64,000 bases of DNA from Euprymna scolopes (lineage: Eukaryota): NCBI GenBank assembly GCA_053919585.1, contig CM132804.1. One strand, written 5' to 3'. This document shows, in pieces, positions 13,270 to 26,389 of this stretch. The translations under genes and the position numbers were made by a program. Each line of letters opens with the position of its first letter. Within the stretch, counting starts at the first letter, position 1. The notes below the pieces were generated by a model. That model made no database searches and had not been told where the DNA came from. It was given only the letters and a program-made list of their open reading frames with translations.

Positions 13270-13813
13270 TTAAAATTTCAAGTTGAACTTTACAATCAAA
13301 ATTTATTGTTTGACTGAATACTCCAAAAAACAATTTACAAAGTCCTTATTCCGCGGAGTTTCAAAGAATGCTATTCTTCTCATCAGAAGGCCGAAAGAAA
13401 TCAGCAAACTATATTTGTACCAATGCTAGAATTTGCTGATTCTGGAATTAACTGAATCCAGAATGTATTATAGTCATAAATTGCCAAGAAAAACAAGTGA
13501 AAAAATGTTGAATATGTAAAAAAAATATATATAAATAAACTGCGCATAATATTTCAGCTTGCATGAAGATTCTCTCAAGGCAATCCGAAAGGCGAAAATA
13601 ATTCTTTAGAGAGAATGAAGTCCCACTTAATGCCTTCATCAGCAAATTCTAGTATTGCTACAAATATAAATAGCTGATTTCCTTATGTCTTCTGATGAGA
13701 AGAATAGTAAGAATAGCATTCTTTGAAACTCCGCGGAATAAGAACTTTGTAAATTGTTTTTTTTTTGGAGTATTCAGTCGAATAATAAATGTTGATTGTA
13801 AATTTCAACTTAG
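13270..13813. mobile_element. Head-to-head inverted repeat with a hammerhead-like motif in each arm (family F)
   Basis: About 13278-13440 is the reverse complement of about 13638-13813. The right arm has CTGATGA at 13692, GAAGAAT..ATTCTTT, GAAAC, TCCGCGGA, ATA. Confidence 0.7.
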
Positions 13814-15409
13814 NNNNNNNNNNNNNNNNNNNNNNNNNNNNNNNNNNNNNNNNNNNNNNNNNNNNNNNNNNNNNNNNNNNNNNNNNNNNNNNNNNNNNNN
13901 NNNNNNNNNNNNNNNNNNNNNNNNNNNNNNNNNNNNNNNNNNNNNNACNNNNNNNNNNNNNNNNNNNNNNNNNNNNNNNNNNNNNNNNNNNNNNNNNNNN
14001 NNNNNNNNNNNNNNNNNNNNNNNNNNNNNNNNNNNNNNNNNNNNNNNNNNNNNNNNNNNNNNNNNNNNNNNNNNNNNNNNNNNNNNNNNNNNNNNNNNNN
14101 NNNNNNNNNNNNNNNNNNNNNNNNNNNCACAAGTAATATATATATATAGCTGTTTTGACATAACAGATATATGAAGTGTGGTTAAATTTGATGAATGTTT
14201 CAAGCTGAGATTCAAAAGCTGACCATTTGTTCAGCCGTCGGATTTTTTAACCCATATATCGTCAACCACTCCACAGTTNNNNNNNNNNNNNNNNNNNNNN
14301 NNNNNNNNNNNNNNNNNNNNNNNNNNNNNNNNNNNNNNNNNNNNNNNNNNNNNNNNNNNNNNNNNNNNNNNNNNNNNNNNNNNNNNNNNNNNNNNNNNNN
14401 NNNNNNNNNNTGTGAGAGAGAGAGAGAGCAAAATATACACTCAATAACAGCCATGATGAACCCCCAATTAACTCTTTTTTGTGTGGACCTCTAGAAATGT
14501 GACATGGATACATCGAGGCCAGCGTGGATTTTGTTGAGAACAACTTATTTACTGGGACAAAATACTACAGCGACTATTATAGTTCTTTAATCAATTTTAG
14601 AAGCCACTGGTATCTAATAAGAAAAGAATGGTGTAAAAAAATATCAGCCTTTAAAAAGAAGACGAAAAAGATCAAACAAAAAATAAAACCACAAAAAGTC
14701 AGCTCTGCCCTGCTCCGCACCGCACCGCCCTGTCCGCCAAAAATAAATATTAAAAAAAGAACCAAAAAAAAAAAAAAAAGAAAAAGAGCCGAAAACTTCA
14801 TAGAATGATGTGTGCCTCTCAGCGAGTAATTTTGATGACAATGCTTCACCCCATAAATATATTCATAAAAAAAAAATCAATTGAAACGAAGATGAAGAAA
14901 TCTATTTTCTAACAAATCTCAACGAATGAATAATATCTCATGTAATAAATTCAGAATTATGACCATTATATAAATCTTGTCTGAAATATTTGAGGGTTTT
15001 TTTTTTCCTAATTCATAAAAATCCTTTCCATTCTCTCAAGATGACTGGAGTCTCTAAAAATGNNNNNNNNNNNNNNNNNNNNNNNNNNNNNNNNNNNNNN
15101 NNNNNNNNNNNNNNNNNNNNNNNNNNNNNNNNNNNNNNNNNNNNNNNNNNNNNNNNNNNNNNNNNNNNNNNNNNNNNNNNNNNNNNNNNNNNNNNNNNNN
15201 NATTCTACATTCAGCAACACAGCTATTTATAAACCGGTTTAAAGTATCTTCATAAACTTTGGGGGGGGGGGTAGCCGTGGCCATGAGGATTTGTCTGAGT
15301 GAAAAAAAAAATTAAAATTAAAAAACGAAACGAAGCAGCAATGCAGCATTCACCCGACGCAGGCTGAGTCAACTTCGATCATAGGAGGAAGTTTTAAACG
15401 AATATTAAA

Positions 15410-15482
15410 TACATATTATCTAGATTATCTGAACTACTGTTCTCATCCTAAATATTATTTTTCACAATGTTTCGGCCGATGT
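15410..15482 (-). mobile_element. 3' half of a family A/E-like hammerhead element
   Basis: The minus strand reads CGGCCGAAACATTGTGAAAAATAA..GATGAGAACAGTAG, similar to the post-core tail at 45610-45660. Confidence 0.5.
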
Positions 15483-16293
15483 AGTTAAATGAAAATTTTG
15501 ATAATGTTTTAATTTTCAAGTAAAAAAAAAAAAAATATTGGGCGGGGGGTAGCTTTATGGGGGTGGGGTAGCTTAATGTTCATGAACATTTATTTTAAAA
15601 GGATATGTTATTTCTGCTAAAGATAATTTTTTACATCAACAATTTTATTAGGAAATCAACAGATAAAAAGGAAACGTTCAAGAGCACTTCGAAAGCTATT
15701 TCCTCCAGAACACCCCAGTAATATTATCTCATATTGAGGAAAGAAAGCGGAGGGGGTAAACTCAAAGACAGGTAGCATCGGTTTGGCTCCAAAGTTCAAA
15801 CAAAGCAACATTTGGGAATGAATGATCTTCTGATATTGACGGTCACCACAGATAAACACAACCGGAGGAGATCATATTTCTTTATAGATTAATATTTTTC
15901 TTTTCTAAAATCACAGGCGGTGCCCAATTGAAATGAACCTTGAATATTCTTCCGCAACCAAACTAAAAAGCGGTGGCACATGGGAGAATAATCCCCGTCT
16001 GTCAGGCAAGTGTGGATTAACGGGAACAAACTTGGAACAGATTATTTCAATAATCCGAACAGCTAACCATCCACCGAGGTCACCGGTAGCTTTTCTTCTG
16101 AGAACCGGTGTAAACAAAAGGTGCTCCAATCCTGCAACATTCATGGAATTAGAATTGTTACTTGAAGAAGGGTGGGTTAGAGGTGGTGGTGGTGGTGGAG
16201 GGGTTATGTACAGGATTATCTAAAAGTGGAAATGTTGCTTTTTCATGTTCCCCCTCTCTTTCTCTGCCATTCTCTGTTCATCGTAAAATCCAA

Positions 16294-16349
<56 letters not shown>

Positions 16350-16767
16350 CCCAGTTTATATTTATCGATTCCCTTTCTCAGCTTTTATTGCTTTCTTTTC
16401 TTATCTGTCCTCCCACTTCCCCCCTCTCTCTCTCCTTTAACTTTTCCCCTATCTCCCTAATCTTTTCTCTCCCTCTTTCTCCTCTCACTTTTTTATCTCC
16501 CTCTCTCTCTCTCTCTTCTCACTTTTTTATAATCTCGTTGTCTTCTTACTTTCTTTTTTCTCCTCCTTCTCTCTCTTTTTTTTTCATTCTCCCTTTGTCT
16601 TCTGACTTTCTTTTCTCTCTCTATGTCTCTCTGCATGATATTTTTATTTTATTTTAACACAAGAAACATCATAATAAAAGTCGAAAATATAAAACGTATA
16701 ATTAAGTTAACATTTCTGTTATTTTTAACAATGTTTACTTAATTGAAAAATGCAACATATATATATA

Positions 16768-16833
<66 letters not shown>

Positions 16834-16834
16834 T

Positions 16835-16900
16835 CAGTAACCCTTATCCCCGAGTAGCCTCCTGGCCTTGATAAGTGGTGACTTCCATGTAAAAAAAAAA
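16835..16900 (+). mobile_element. 3' tip of CR1/Jockey-group LINE
   Basis: taacccttatccccgagtagcctcctggccttgataagtggtgac followed by poly(A). Matches the 3' UTR of the 6433-8800 element. Confidence 0.75.
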
Positions 16901-17040
16901 TTAACATGTTTTTTTATCTTTTTTTTTACTGTAATCTAGTAAAATAACAATATAATTAAATATTTAGTGATTGATAAAGAATCGAAATCGGAATCGGTAA
17001 TTGTATCGGAATCAGTATTAATATTGAAATCGTCCCATCA

Positions 17041-17104
<64 letters not shown>

Positions 17105-17106
<2 letters not shown>

Positions 17107-17442
17107 CCCCCAGACCTCTGGCCTTGATGGATGGACGACTAAAACTTGTTGCTATGGTTTCAAATGATCTGAAATGACAGCAAGGGGAGACTTGATTCCA
17201 AATATTTCTCATATGTTATATCTCTCATCTCTTGGAAACAGGGTACGGTTATGAATATCTCCAGTGTCAAATAATCCTTATACACTGTGAAATTCACTTT
17301 ATGTATGAAAACCAAAGAGGGGAGATATAACATATGAGAAATATTTGGAATCAAGTCTCCCCTTGCTGTTATTTCAGATCATTTGAAACTATAGCAGAAA
17401 GTTTCAGTCTCCCCCTCCACTAAGGCCAGAGGTTTGGGGGAA
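17105..17442. repeat. Foldback inverted repeat (about 130-bp arms)
   Basis: About 17105-17237 is the reverse complement of about 17309-17442, with a spacer of about 70 bp. Confidence 0.8.
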
Positions 17443-17696
17443 ATATCAGATATTTTTTAATTCATACGTAAAACTAAGGGGGGAAAAATGACTACAATTG
17501 AAACATTTTATGCGGGGAAAAAGTGCCAAAAATAGGCTCTGGATAATAGATGATCCCCTTAATTTGCAACCTTATGGTCAAATGTGACATAGCCTACTGC
17601 ACAATTCAAGTCATTAGCTTTCTAACGAGCCCTCAATTGTTTAATTCTGATCAGTAGTTGCTGACATTTGGAACGTTTAAAATTGCCGAAAAAGAT

Positions 17697-17764
<68 letters not shown>

Positions 17765-18072
17765 TAGCCCAATTGAATATTGAAATGCTCATATCTTTGG
17801 TTTTATGGGATGAAACTACATGAAAATTTGCAGGGTCTTTTGAAGATTATAATACTATTTTATGGTTAAAATTTTATGACAATTGCTATATTTACAAACC
17901 AATAAAATATACCCACATTTGCCTATATTTGTATATATATAGTGTCCTGGCAGGCTAGCTTTAGTTTTACAGCTTTGGGATGAATTTTACTTCGGGTTCT
18001 TATTTGCTTGGTTGTCTCCCCTCTCTCTCCAATTACTGTACAGTATAATCATCATCATCTTTACAATAAAGA

Positions 18073-18121
<49 letters not shown>

Positions 18122-18489
18122 CAAAGATGTTGATAGTACTGTAGAGTAATTTTTCGATAAGACATTGATACTGGCGGTTTCAGAAGGAATGGGAATTTCA
18201 AACAGTTGAGCTTGGAATACCGTGTCTCGTTCATCAATCAGTAAACCACCGGGATGGATTTCACATTTCGCCGATATGAACATCTAATTGAAAATTCACC
18301 GCATAGTCTTATATATAATAAATATGTTGCTCTCATAAACATAATTTAGTACGTTTTTCTCTTCCAAATGTACGTAGCTATAATATATATTTATTTATCT
18401 TCTCTGCAGAACAAGGTAAGATGGGGAGGGGAGTAACGATTGAATTGTGTGCACACAAGGTAAAGTTCACTATATATACGTATTTATTG

Positions 18490-18635
18490 TAATGATTATT
18501 AAATACCTACAGACACTAGTGTTTCATCCTTTCAGAAATAATCAATGTCACGATTAACACCGGTCGATAGATTCGAACCCGGCAACAGAAGCCATCTCTG
18601 GCATCATTAGTAAGAACCTAATCTATTTGCGAGAA
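18490..18635 (-). mobile_element. Family C tRNA/hammerhead element (decayed core)
   Basis: The minus strand reads B box GGGTTCGAATC, then TTGATTA-TTTCT GAA AGGAT-GAAAC-ACTAGT-GTC-TGTAGG. Homologous to 25058-25159. Confidence 0.65.
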
Positions 18636-18639
18636 ATAT

Positions 18640-19270
18640 TTATTTATTGAATTATTGAATTATTTATTCTAGTTGTTGTTCAGATTTTATTGAATTATTT
18701 ATTCTAGTTGTTGTATTTCTTCTAGTTGTTGTTTTCTACGACGTTTCGACCAATTATTCCTCTGGCCTTCGTCAGGTTAACCGCAACAGGATACATCCAC
18801 TTTCAGTAGTTGTTGTTATCTCACCACGGTGTGGTCAACTAATCCTCTGAGCGATTTTGGGTGGGATTGAAACCGTTACCTCCAGACAATACTCACTTGG
18901 AATCTTGGATATTCCTGCATCTCTATCCACTACGCCACGGGCTCCAAAGGGCAATCAAGGTTGGATTTTTTGATCTTATAAATCCACAATCTTCCAATTG
19001 TTGGGTCCGTACCGACTGTCGGTCAGAGGATCAGTTGACCAAACCATGGTGAGATAACAAGAACTACTGAAAGCAGTAATTGCTTTGGATGTAGTTTAAA
19101 GATTCTACATTCCTATCCGGTTGTGGTTTACCTGACGAAGGCCAGAGGAATAATTGGCCGAAACGTCGTAGAAAGCAACAACTAGAAGATGAGGAATAAT
19201 TGGCCAAATAATTAAATTAAAAAAAACAAAAACAAATTTACTCATCCCCAAATAATTCCAAAAACTTAAT
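18640..19270. mobile_element. Family A tRNA/hammerhead element: full copy on the minus strand plus inverted 5'-truncated copy on the plus strand
   Basis: Minus strand: A box TGGCGTAGTGG (18937-18927), B box GGTTTCAATCC (18874-18864), HHR core 18775-18740. The plus-strand arm has an HHR at 19119-19180. Confidence 0.85.
19119..19180 (+). ncRNA. Type I hammerhead ribozyme (minimal, loopless stem III)
   Basis: CUGACGA at 19132, extra A, GGCCA/UGGCC, GAAAC, GUC cleavage triplet. Stem I is UUUAC/GUAGA plus GUUGU/GCAAC. Confidence 0.85.
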
Positions 19271-19420
19271 TCAATATTTATTTTTTAAATGTTTTTTAAC
19301 GTCTGTCAGAGTGTCCTAATCATTATATGATGATCTACGCATAAGAGTTAAATTGACCGACTTTTATTTCAACTGAAAGTGCTCAACGATAAGAAACGAG
19401 CTTCTTGAACGGGCTGACAT

Positions 19421-20088
19421 ACTATTGTATAAAAGGAAGTTTGGGGGTGTGGGTTTGTGAGAGTTCTTTCCCTATGGACTCGAAAACAGCTGGGTTGATT
19501 TTTATGAAATTTCACACGATAGTACTTTATGCGCCTTGCAGTGTTCTTAGATAAGTTTTGTATTGGAATGTTTTAGATAAGAATCGATAATCAATAATCG
19601 AAATAATCTGATAAAAGAAGAAACAGGCTATTTTGATCAAAGTTAACCTATTACACAGTCTAACACCACAAACTGAATAGACCGACATATAAAATCAACA
19701 GTAGGTTCTTTGACATGACAGGGACGCGTTCAAAATGAATATTTCTGTTTAAAATACAACTGCACCATGAACCAGACTTTTCCATTTTAAATTTTAATTT
19801 CAACCATTATCACCGCACAAGCAGTAAGGTCAGACATATAGAATCAATAGTAGGCTCTTTGATATGACAAGGGCGCGTTCGAAATTATTATTTCTGTTTA
19901 GAGCACAATTGAAACAGGATACTTGACTGGTGCGTATTTAACTTTAATTTAAGCCATTATATATAAAAAATTAAAAAAAATCAACAGTAGGTTCTCTACA
20001 TTGCAATGTAGACAACAATGAAATATAAACTAAGTCACTTTTGCATGTCAAGATTTCTCCTAGTGCACCGCGATGGGTCCCCAACTAG
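19421..20088 (+). mobile_element. Non-autonomous Helitron-like element with internal ~125-bp repeats
   Basis: The 5' region is shared with elements at 20926 (+) and 21620 (-). It ends ...gggtccccaaCTAG. Confidence 0.45.
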
Positions 20089-22545
20089 GGCAGGCAATCA
20101 ATCGATTTGATTGAAAAATGGTCGATTTCACCGATTTCAATGACAATAGAAATATTGGAGTGCGAAAAATTTGTTGATTATCATTCAATCCCGGGCAACT
20201 AGANNNNNNNNNNNNNNNNNNNNNNNNNNNNNNNNNNNNNNNNNNNNNNNNNNNNNNNNNNNNNNNNNNNNNNNNNNNNNNNNNNNNNNNNNNNNNNNNN
20301 NNNNNNNNNNNNNNNNNNNNNNNNNNNNNNNNNNNNNNNNNNNNNNNNNNNNNNNNNNNNNNNNTGATCACCATCGCTTACAAAATTTTCTACATTAAAT
20401 ACAATTAAAACACAATTAAAAATAGTAAACACAAGACAAACTTCATGCATATAGATGGATAAACATGAACATTTTGTACTTTCGATACACATTCGTCTTT
20501 GAAACTGGACCGTAAAGAAAGAAAAAAAGAAATTAATTTGTCTTTTCCCTTGCAATTTAGAAATAGGTTGCAACTTGTTGAAAATCAAATCTGTCGCTCT
20601 AAAGAGGAAAATATTTTAATACAAATGCTTAGGATTTGCCGTGGTAATAAAACGATATTGCAAAACAAAACTATTTCTCATATTGAAATCAAAACAATCA
20701 TTGCAGTCAAAAACAATAACAAATTACAGTGAATTAATAAAATGACCTCTTTCAAAACGAATATGCAAATGAGTTTATTTTTCCAGTGAAATCGCATATG
20801 CATAAACAGTATACATAAAAAAAGACATTGCATCCATAGTGTAAAGTTGAGTTTACTTGAAATCGGATGTTTTTACATTACCGTTGGTGCGAGAAAGGGA
20901 CTCAACTTTCACATTTATTAATCAATCTCTATCTCTACAATTACATAAATGCAACTTTGCGTGCGTATGAGTTCGTTCCTTATAGACTCCGAAACGGTTA
21001 AATAGATTTATTTTAAAATTTACAGAACTTTAGTGTATAAGTCTGGGAGTGATCTTAATTAAGAGAGTTAAGTTTTGTCACAGAATACCCCAGATAATTA
21101 ATGATAATCGATAATCGAAACCGTTATTTTAATTTATCTATCATCGGTAAAGCCATTTTTTTCCATGTCGTCACTTAGCAACAATGACAGAACAACGGGC
21201 CGTAAAAATTCTACTGTGGGTAAGTTAATAGCGTGTTTTTTTTTTTTTTTTTTTTGCATGACGTAGTCTGTAGGTTCAAACCCCACACGTGTCCCTGTCA
21301 TATCAAAGAACTTTCTGTCGATTTTATATGCCGGACCTTTCTGCTTGTGCGGTAATAAAACTTCTCAAATGCACTTGTGATATTAGGCAGTATAAGGCAT
21401 TAACTTTGGTCAAAATCGCATGTTATTCTTTCATTGAATTTTTCCAATTATCGATATTTAGCGAATATGTTCTGATATAATTTCTATCTAAGAACACTGC
21501 CAGGCACATAAAGTACCTCCGTGTGACATTTGATAAAAATCGGCCCAGCCGTTTTAGAGTCTATAGGGAACGAACTCACAAACACACACATAGACTAAGT
21601 TCCTTTTATATAATAGATAGATGGAAATATATTAGCAGGACGAGTAAAATTCCTTGGACCGAACAGTTTTGAACTACTTTTATGTTCCTATGCAAAGATT
21701 GAAATGCTACTAAATCTTGTGTACAGAACCTTAATTCCAGTTTTGATCAAAATCCATTACATAATTTGAACTTGAAGAAATTTCTAAAATTAAAAACTTA
21801 AGCTTAAGTGCTCTTAAGAATAAATTAAAATTAGGGGAGATTTTCTTGTTCGAGGTCTAATGATCATCGATTAAATTCAACGCAAGTCTGAAATATTTGA
21901 ATTTTCAAATGGGAGGTAGTTCTCATATTATGCTCCTAACTTTAAAATATTCCAAAGAAACAGGAATTGTAGGAATGCTTATTAATTGATGTCTAATACT
22001 TATGTAACATATGAGCACATAGGAAAATATCAGCAGCAGCAAAGGATGGCTGGCTTGCGAAGAGATTAGCAGCAGCAGCAGTAACTGAAAAAAGCGCATA
22101 TGTAAATTAGGAAGTGTGTGCGAGTTGGTATGACAAGAGAGAAAAAGGACACCACGTGCTCAAGGTAAAGAAGCAAAGTGCTGTCGAAACAACTAAAGTT
22201 AAGGAGGAGAATGGGCTGGCTGTGGCCGGCATGTGGTTAGAAGAAGGAGAAATGCACACCAATCTAGATGAACATGTGGCAGCAAGAGACCTTAAAAATG
22301 GTGTCGAGAGGAGAGAGTAACAGTATTAAAATTTTTGATAAAAAAAAAAAATGCAAACCTGGTTTTTAATTTCTTTCTTTTCTTTGTTTCTTACACTTAT
22401 GGTTTAAACTTTACAAAAATCTAAATTTTAACTTTTTTGTCTCAAAGTAAATAAAACTAAACATAGCCCACAGTGAGATTATTTGCGCTTAACAGCTGTG
22501 CCCAATAGCTCCTAACAATCTGTTAACTGCCTTAGGAGTGTATCA

Positions 22546-22610
<65 letters not shown>

Positions 22611-22739
22611 CTGTATTCATATAAAATGTTATAAAGGGATAATATTTTATTTGAAGATTTTCAGTATTTAGGGCTCAATACGTGAGTCGAGCTAGTAAGT
22701 ATAGTAGTAAATTATAGAAATAGATGACAATTAAGTTAC

Positions 22740-23075
22740 ACATAATCTTACCTGTTTCATTCTTGTAGGAAATCGTTAGACTAAAATGCATGAAATTCGT
22801 ATATTCAAATTGTGTTTTCTTAGGTTAAGTCATCAATCAGAGTTATTATTCACGCCTGTGAGTTAACACTTTTATCAGGCAATGGCTGGGCTTCAATATG
22901 ACAATAGTTCGCCTGACTTCTTCTTCTGATTATATTTTCTGTATTATGATTTTAGTGAAGCGAGTGAAACTAAAATGCATATGTATGTATCAAAAACAAC
23001 AAGTAACACAAATTCCATGCATTTTAGCCTGACAGTTTCCTACGAGGATGAAACATGAAAGATTCTGTGTAGTTA
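22740..23075. mobile_element. Inverted repeat with decayed hammerhead-like motif in both arms
   Basis: Arms 22740-22800 and 23010-23075. Their consensus CTGACGA-TTTCCTACGAGGAT-GAAAC resembles the motif at 44816. Confidence 0.5.
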
Positions 23076-24209
23076 AAATACCATATGTTTTCAGAATTTT
23101 ATATGTTTGATATAATAGTAAAAATATTGATATCTATAAGACTGTATATACTTTCTATGTCTTTCCTTCCTTCCTTCTCTCTCTCTCTCTCTCTTTCTTT
23201 CTAGCTATCTATCTATACTCATAGAAGCTCTTTATTTTATTAATTATCTAAGAGCTTATTAAAATGATATATATATAAGTAAATTGAGGCAAAATCCCAA
23301 CCAAAACTTTTCTTTACCTTCAAATTAATAACAAAGAAATGCCAGTAGATTCTTAAGAATATATATCACAGACAATTTCAATAAAGATACTTGCAAAATG
23401 CGTAATTCAGTTAAAACTTGGAATTAATTCCAGACAGCGAAGAATTCTATAACCGTTTCCTATTTAGGTGAACAGTCTATTGAAAGATGGAAGATACGTG
23501 TGTGTGTGTAAATGTGATGAATATAATTTCATGCTGAGAATCTTAGATCACCTTGCTCATGAATACGTACATATATACGCATAATTAAATGNNNNNNNNN
23601 NNNNNNNNNNNNNNNNNNNNNNNNNNNNNNNNNNNNNNNNNNNNNNNNNNNNNNNNNNNNNNNNNNNNNNNNNNNNNNNNNNNNNNNNNNNNNNNNNNNN
23701 NNNNNNNNNNNNNNNNNNNNNNNNNNNNNNNNNNNNNNNNNNNNNNNNNNNNNNNNNNNNNNNNNNNNNNNNNNNNNNNNNNNNNNNNNNNNNNNNNNNN
23801 NNNNNNNNNNNNNNNNNNNNNNNNNNNNNNNNNNNNNNNNNNNNNNNNNNNNNNNNNNNNNNNNNNNNNNNNNNNNNNNNNNNNNNNNNNNNNNNNNNNN
23901 NNNNNNNNNNNNNNNAACATGTTAAAAAACACTATATATATATATATTTAGGGGATTAGAACAACAGTCTAAAGAGCAGATTATATTTTAATGTATTAGT
24001 ATATTCATTAATACAATTAAAAGAAAATAAAATAAAACAGTGCTCGTTGTAATGTAGATATATAATAAGCTCGATAGGCATATATATCCTAGAGCTATTT
24101 TAATATTGAGTAAGATGGTTGATAATTTATAATTAAAATTAAAAATTAAAAATCGATTTCACAAAGAAGAACAAACAAAATCAACAAATTGTACGATCGT
24201 TTCGGAAAT

Positions 24210-24265
<56 letters not shown>

Positions 24266-25002
24266 CAATTATTTTCAACTAAGGAAGAAATTGATAGGTA
24301 GTAAAATGGTAATACGACAAAAAGGAAAGTATCAATTTATATATTTAAAATATTTATAAAGTAATACCATTTCTTAATACTATTTCCTCATCACACACTT
24401 ATTTGACAATCGCATTTTAAAGTGCTATTCATTCTTTATCCAAGAGCGCCGTTTACATTTCAGAAGAATGAAAATATTTCTGAAGCTAAATTCCGAAGAG
24501 AATCCTTTAAATCCTACTGAGATGAGTAGCGAGAGGACGAATTGTTGCCAACTGGTCTGAGTTTTTGGACAGCAAATTAATTGCCTGCTTGATGAAAGAC
24601 AGATAGTTCTAATGCCATGTTTTATGCAGTGAGAGTTGGGTTGCGGGCGGAGGTTGTGTGGGATTATGTGGAGTAAACAGAAAAGAACAGTGTGATGGGT
24701 ATTATGTCACAGGCTGATATTGAACTTTAGAACAAACAAAGGGCAGATAACTGTAGCAACATTTTGGACATTAAAAAAAATCAATTTGTATTTACACTGT
24801 TCATAATGTTTTTTTTATTTGTTTATTTAATTTCATTCCTTTATTAATTTTACTATGGTTGCGCACTCTGTTGAAACAGTAAAAATATATTATGTTTCTC
24901 CAGTGTCTGCACTAATCTTTCTATATAATTATAGAACCCTGTGGACCTTGCTTGCTTGCTTCGACGATCAGGCTATTCGATCATTAAAAAAGGGATGAGA
25001 GG

Positions 25003-25051
<49 letters not shown>

Positions 25052-25057
25052 ATACTA

Positions 25058-25159
25058 TGATAATTAAATACCTACAAACACTAGTATTTCATCCTTTTGA
25101 GAATCATCAATGCAGGGTGTCACAATTAACACAGGTTGACCGATTCGAACCCAGCAACG
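25058..25159 (-). mobile_element. Family C tRNA/hammerhead element, abutting (AT)n; head lost in N-run
   Basis: The minus strand reads GGGTTCGAATC...CCTGCA-TTGATGA-TTCTCAAAAGGAT-GAAAT-ACTAGT-GTT-TGTAGG. Stem I is CCUGCA/UGUAGG. Confidence 0.65.
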
Positions 25160-25459
25160 NNNNNNNNNNNNNNNNNNNNNNNNNNNNNNNNNNNNNNNNN
25201 NNNNNNNNNNNNNNNNNNNNNNNNNNNNNNNNNNNNNNNNNNNNNNNNNNNNNNNNNNNNNNNNNNNNNNNNNNNNNNNNNNNNNNNNNNNNNNNNNNNN
25301 NNNNNNNNNNNGTGGACTGGGTTCAAAAATAGCCTACTGAAAATGGACTCTGATTTAGGAAAGTATGATAGGTTATAAAAAGAAAGCGTTGTAAAGAGAT
25401 AGCTTCGAATTTGGGGGTATCAAAACCAAAGCAAAATATGATGAAAGTAAAAACAAAAT

Positions 25460-25930
25460 AGATAAACCCCATAGTTTATTATACCATACCTGTTCACACT
25501 GAAACATTTATCACAATTTTCTGTGGATCTATATTAAAAAACCTTGTTAAACTTTGTGACATATTTCCATTCTATGGAGGCTAGGTACGAACGAACACCC
25601 CATAATTTTATTATACCATATTTCTTCAAACTGAAACAGAATTATCAAAGTATACTTACGCAGATAGATATGAAAAGTCTTTATTAAAGTTTGTGCCTAT
25701 TTCCATTCTATGGAAGCCAGGCGCCAACGCAGACCCCACAATTTTAATTTACCATCCCTATTTAAGTTAAAACATACTTATCAAAGTATTCTCATGCACA
25801 TCTATATCAAAAACACTTGTAAACATTTTTTTTTTTTAATTTTTCATTTCCATACTTTGTGGACCAAGCACGAACGCAGACCCCACAATTTTAATGAACC
25901 ACCGTTTTGCCAGATCAAACATACCCATTC
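25460..25930. repeat. Diverged tandem repeat, about 140-bp unit, 3-4 copies
   Basis: Recurring tttccattctatgga..ccccacaattttaat..acc blocks. Confidence 0.65.
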
Positions 25931-26029
25931 CTGTATCTCGATGCATCTATCATTATATGCAATCAGTTTTTTTTTAAATAGTCAACCATATAGGAGCCTA
26001 TTCGTGACCAGACACACACACACATTCAG

Positions 26030-26101
<72 letters not shown>

Positions 26102-26389
26102 CATGGTTCAGAGGCTTAGGAATGATGCTGGAAAGTTGTAAGTTTTTGTTTTGATTCTAGCTGATGGCACCTAAGTCATATGTACATATATATTAGCTTT
26201 GATTTCCTTAATATATATTAGGTTCAATATAATAATCGATAGAGAATTGTCTCTATAATGATAACCACGTAATCTGCATGAATTTAAATATCATATCAAG
26301 TGTATCATATGACCATGACTTGCTGAGCAGCCTGCTCGTATTTATAGAAATTAACATCTCAATTGATGAAATTTAAAAAAGAAATAAGA

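Noticed and set aside
12534-15284. ORFs containing long X runs (also at 20060-20588, 23585-23951, 25057-25378, 45756-45956)
   Set aside because: Artefacts of translating N-runs, whose content is unknown.
18860-18942. Functional tRNA genes here and at 42628, 45355, 26650 and 58871
   Set aside because: A/B boxes are present but cloverleaf stems are broken and the copies are embedded in repeats. Treated as element heads.
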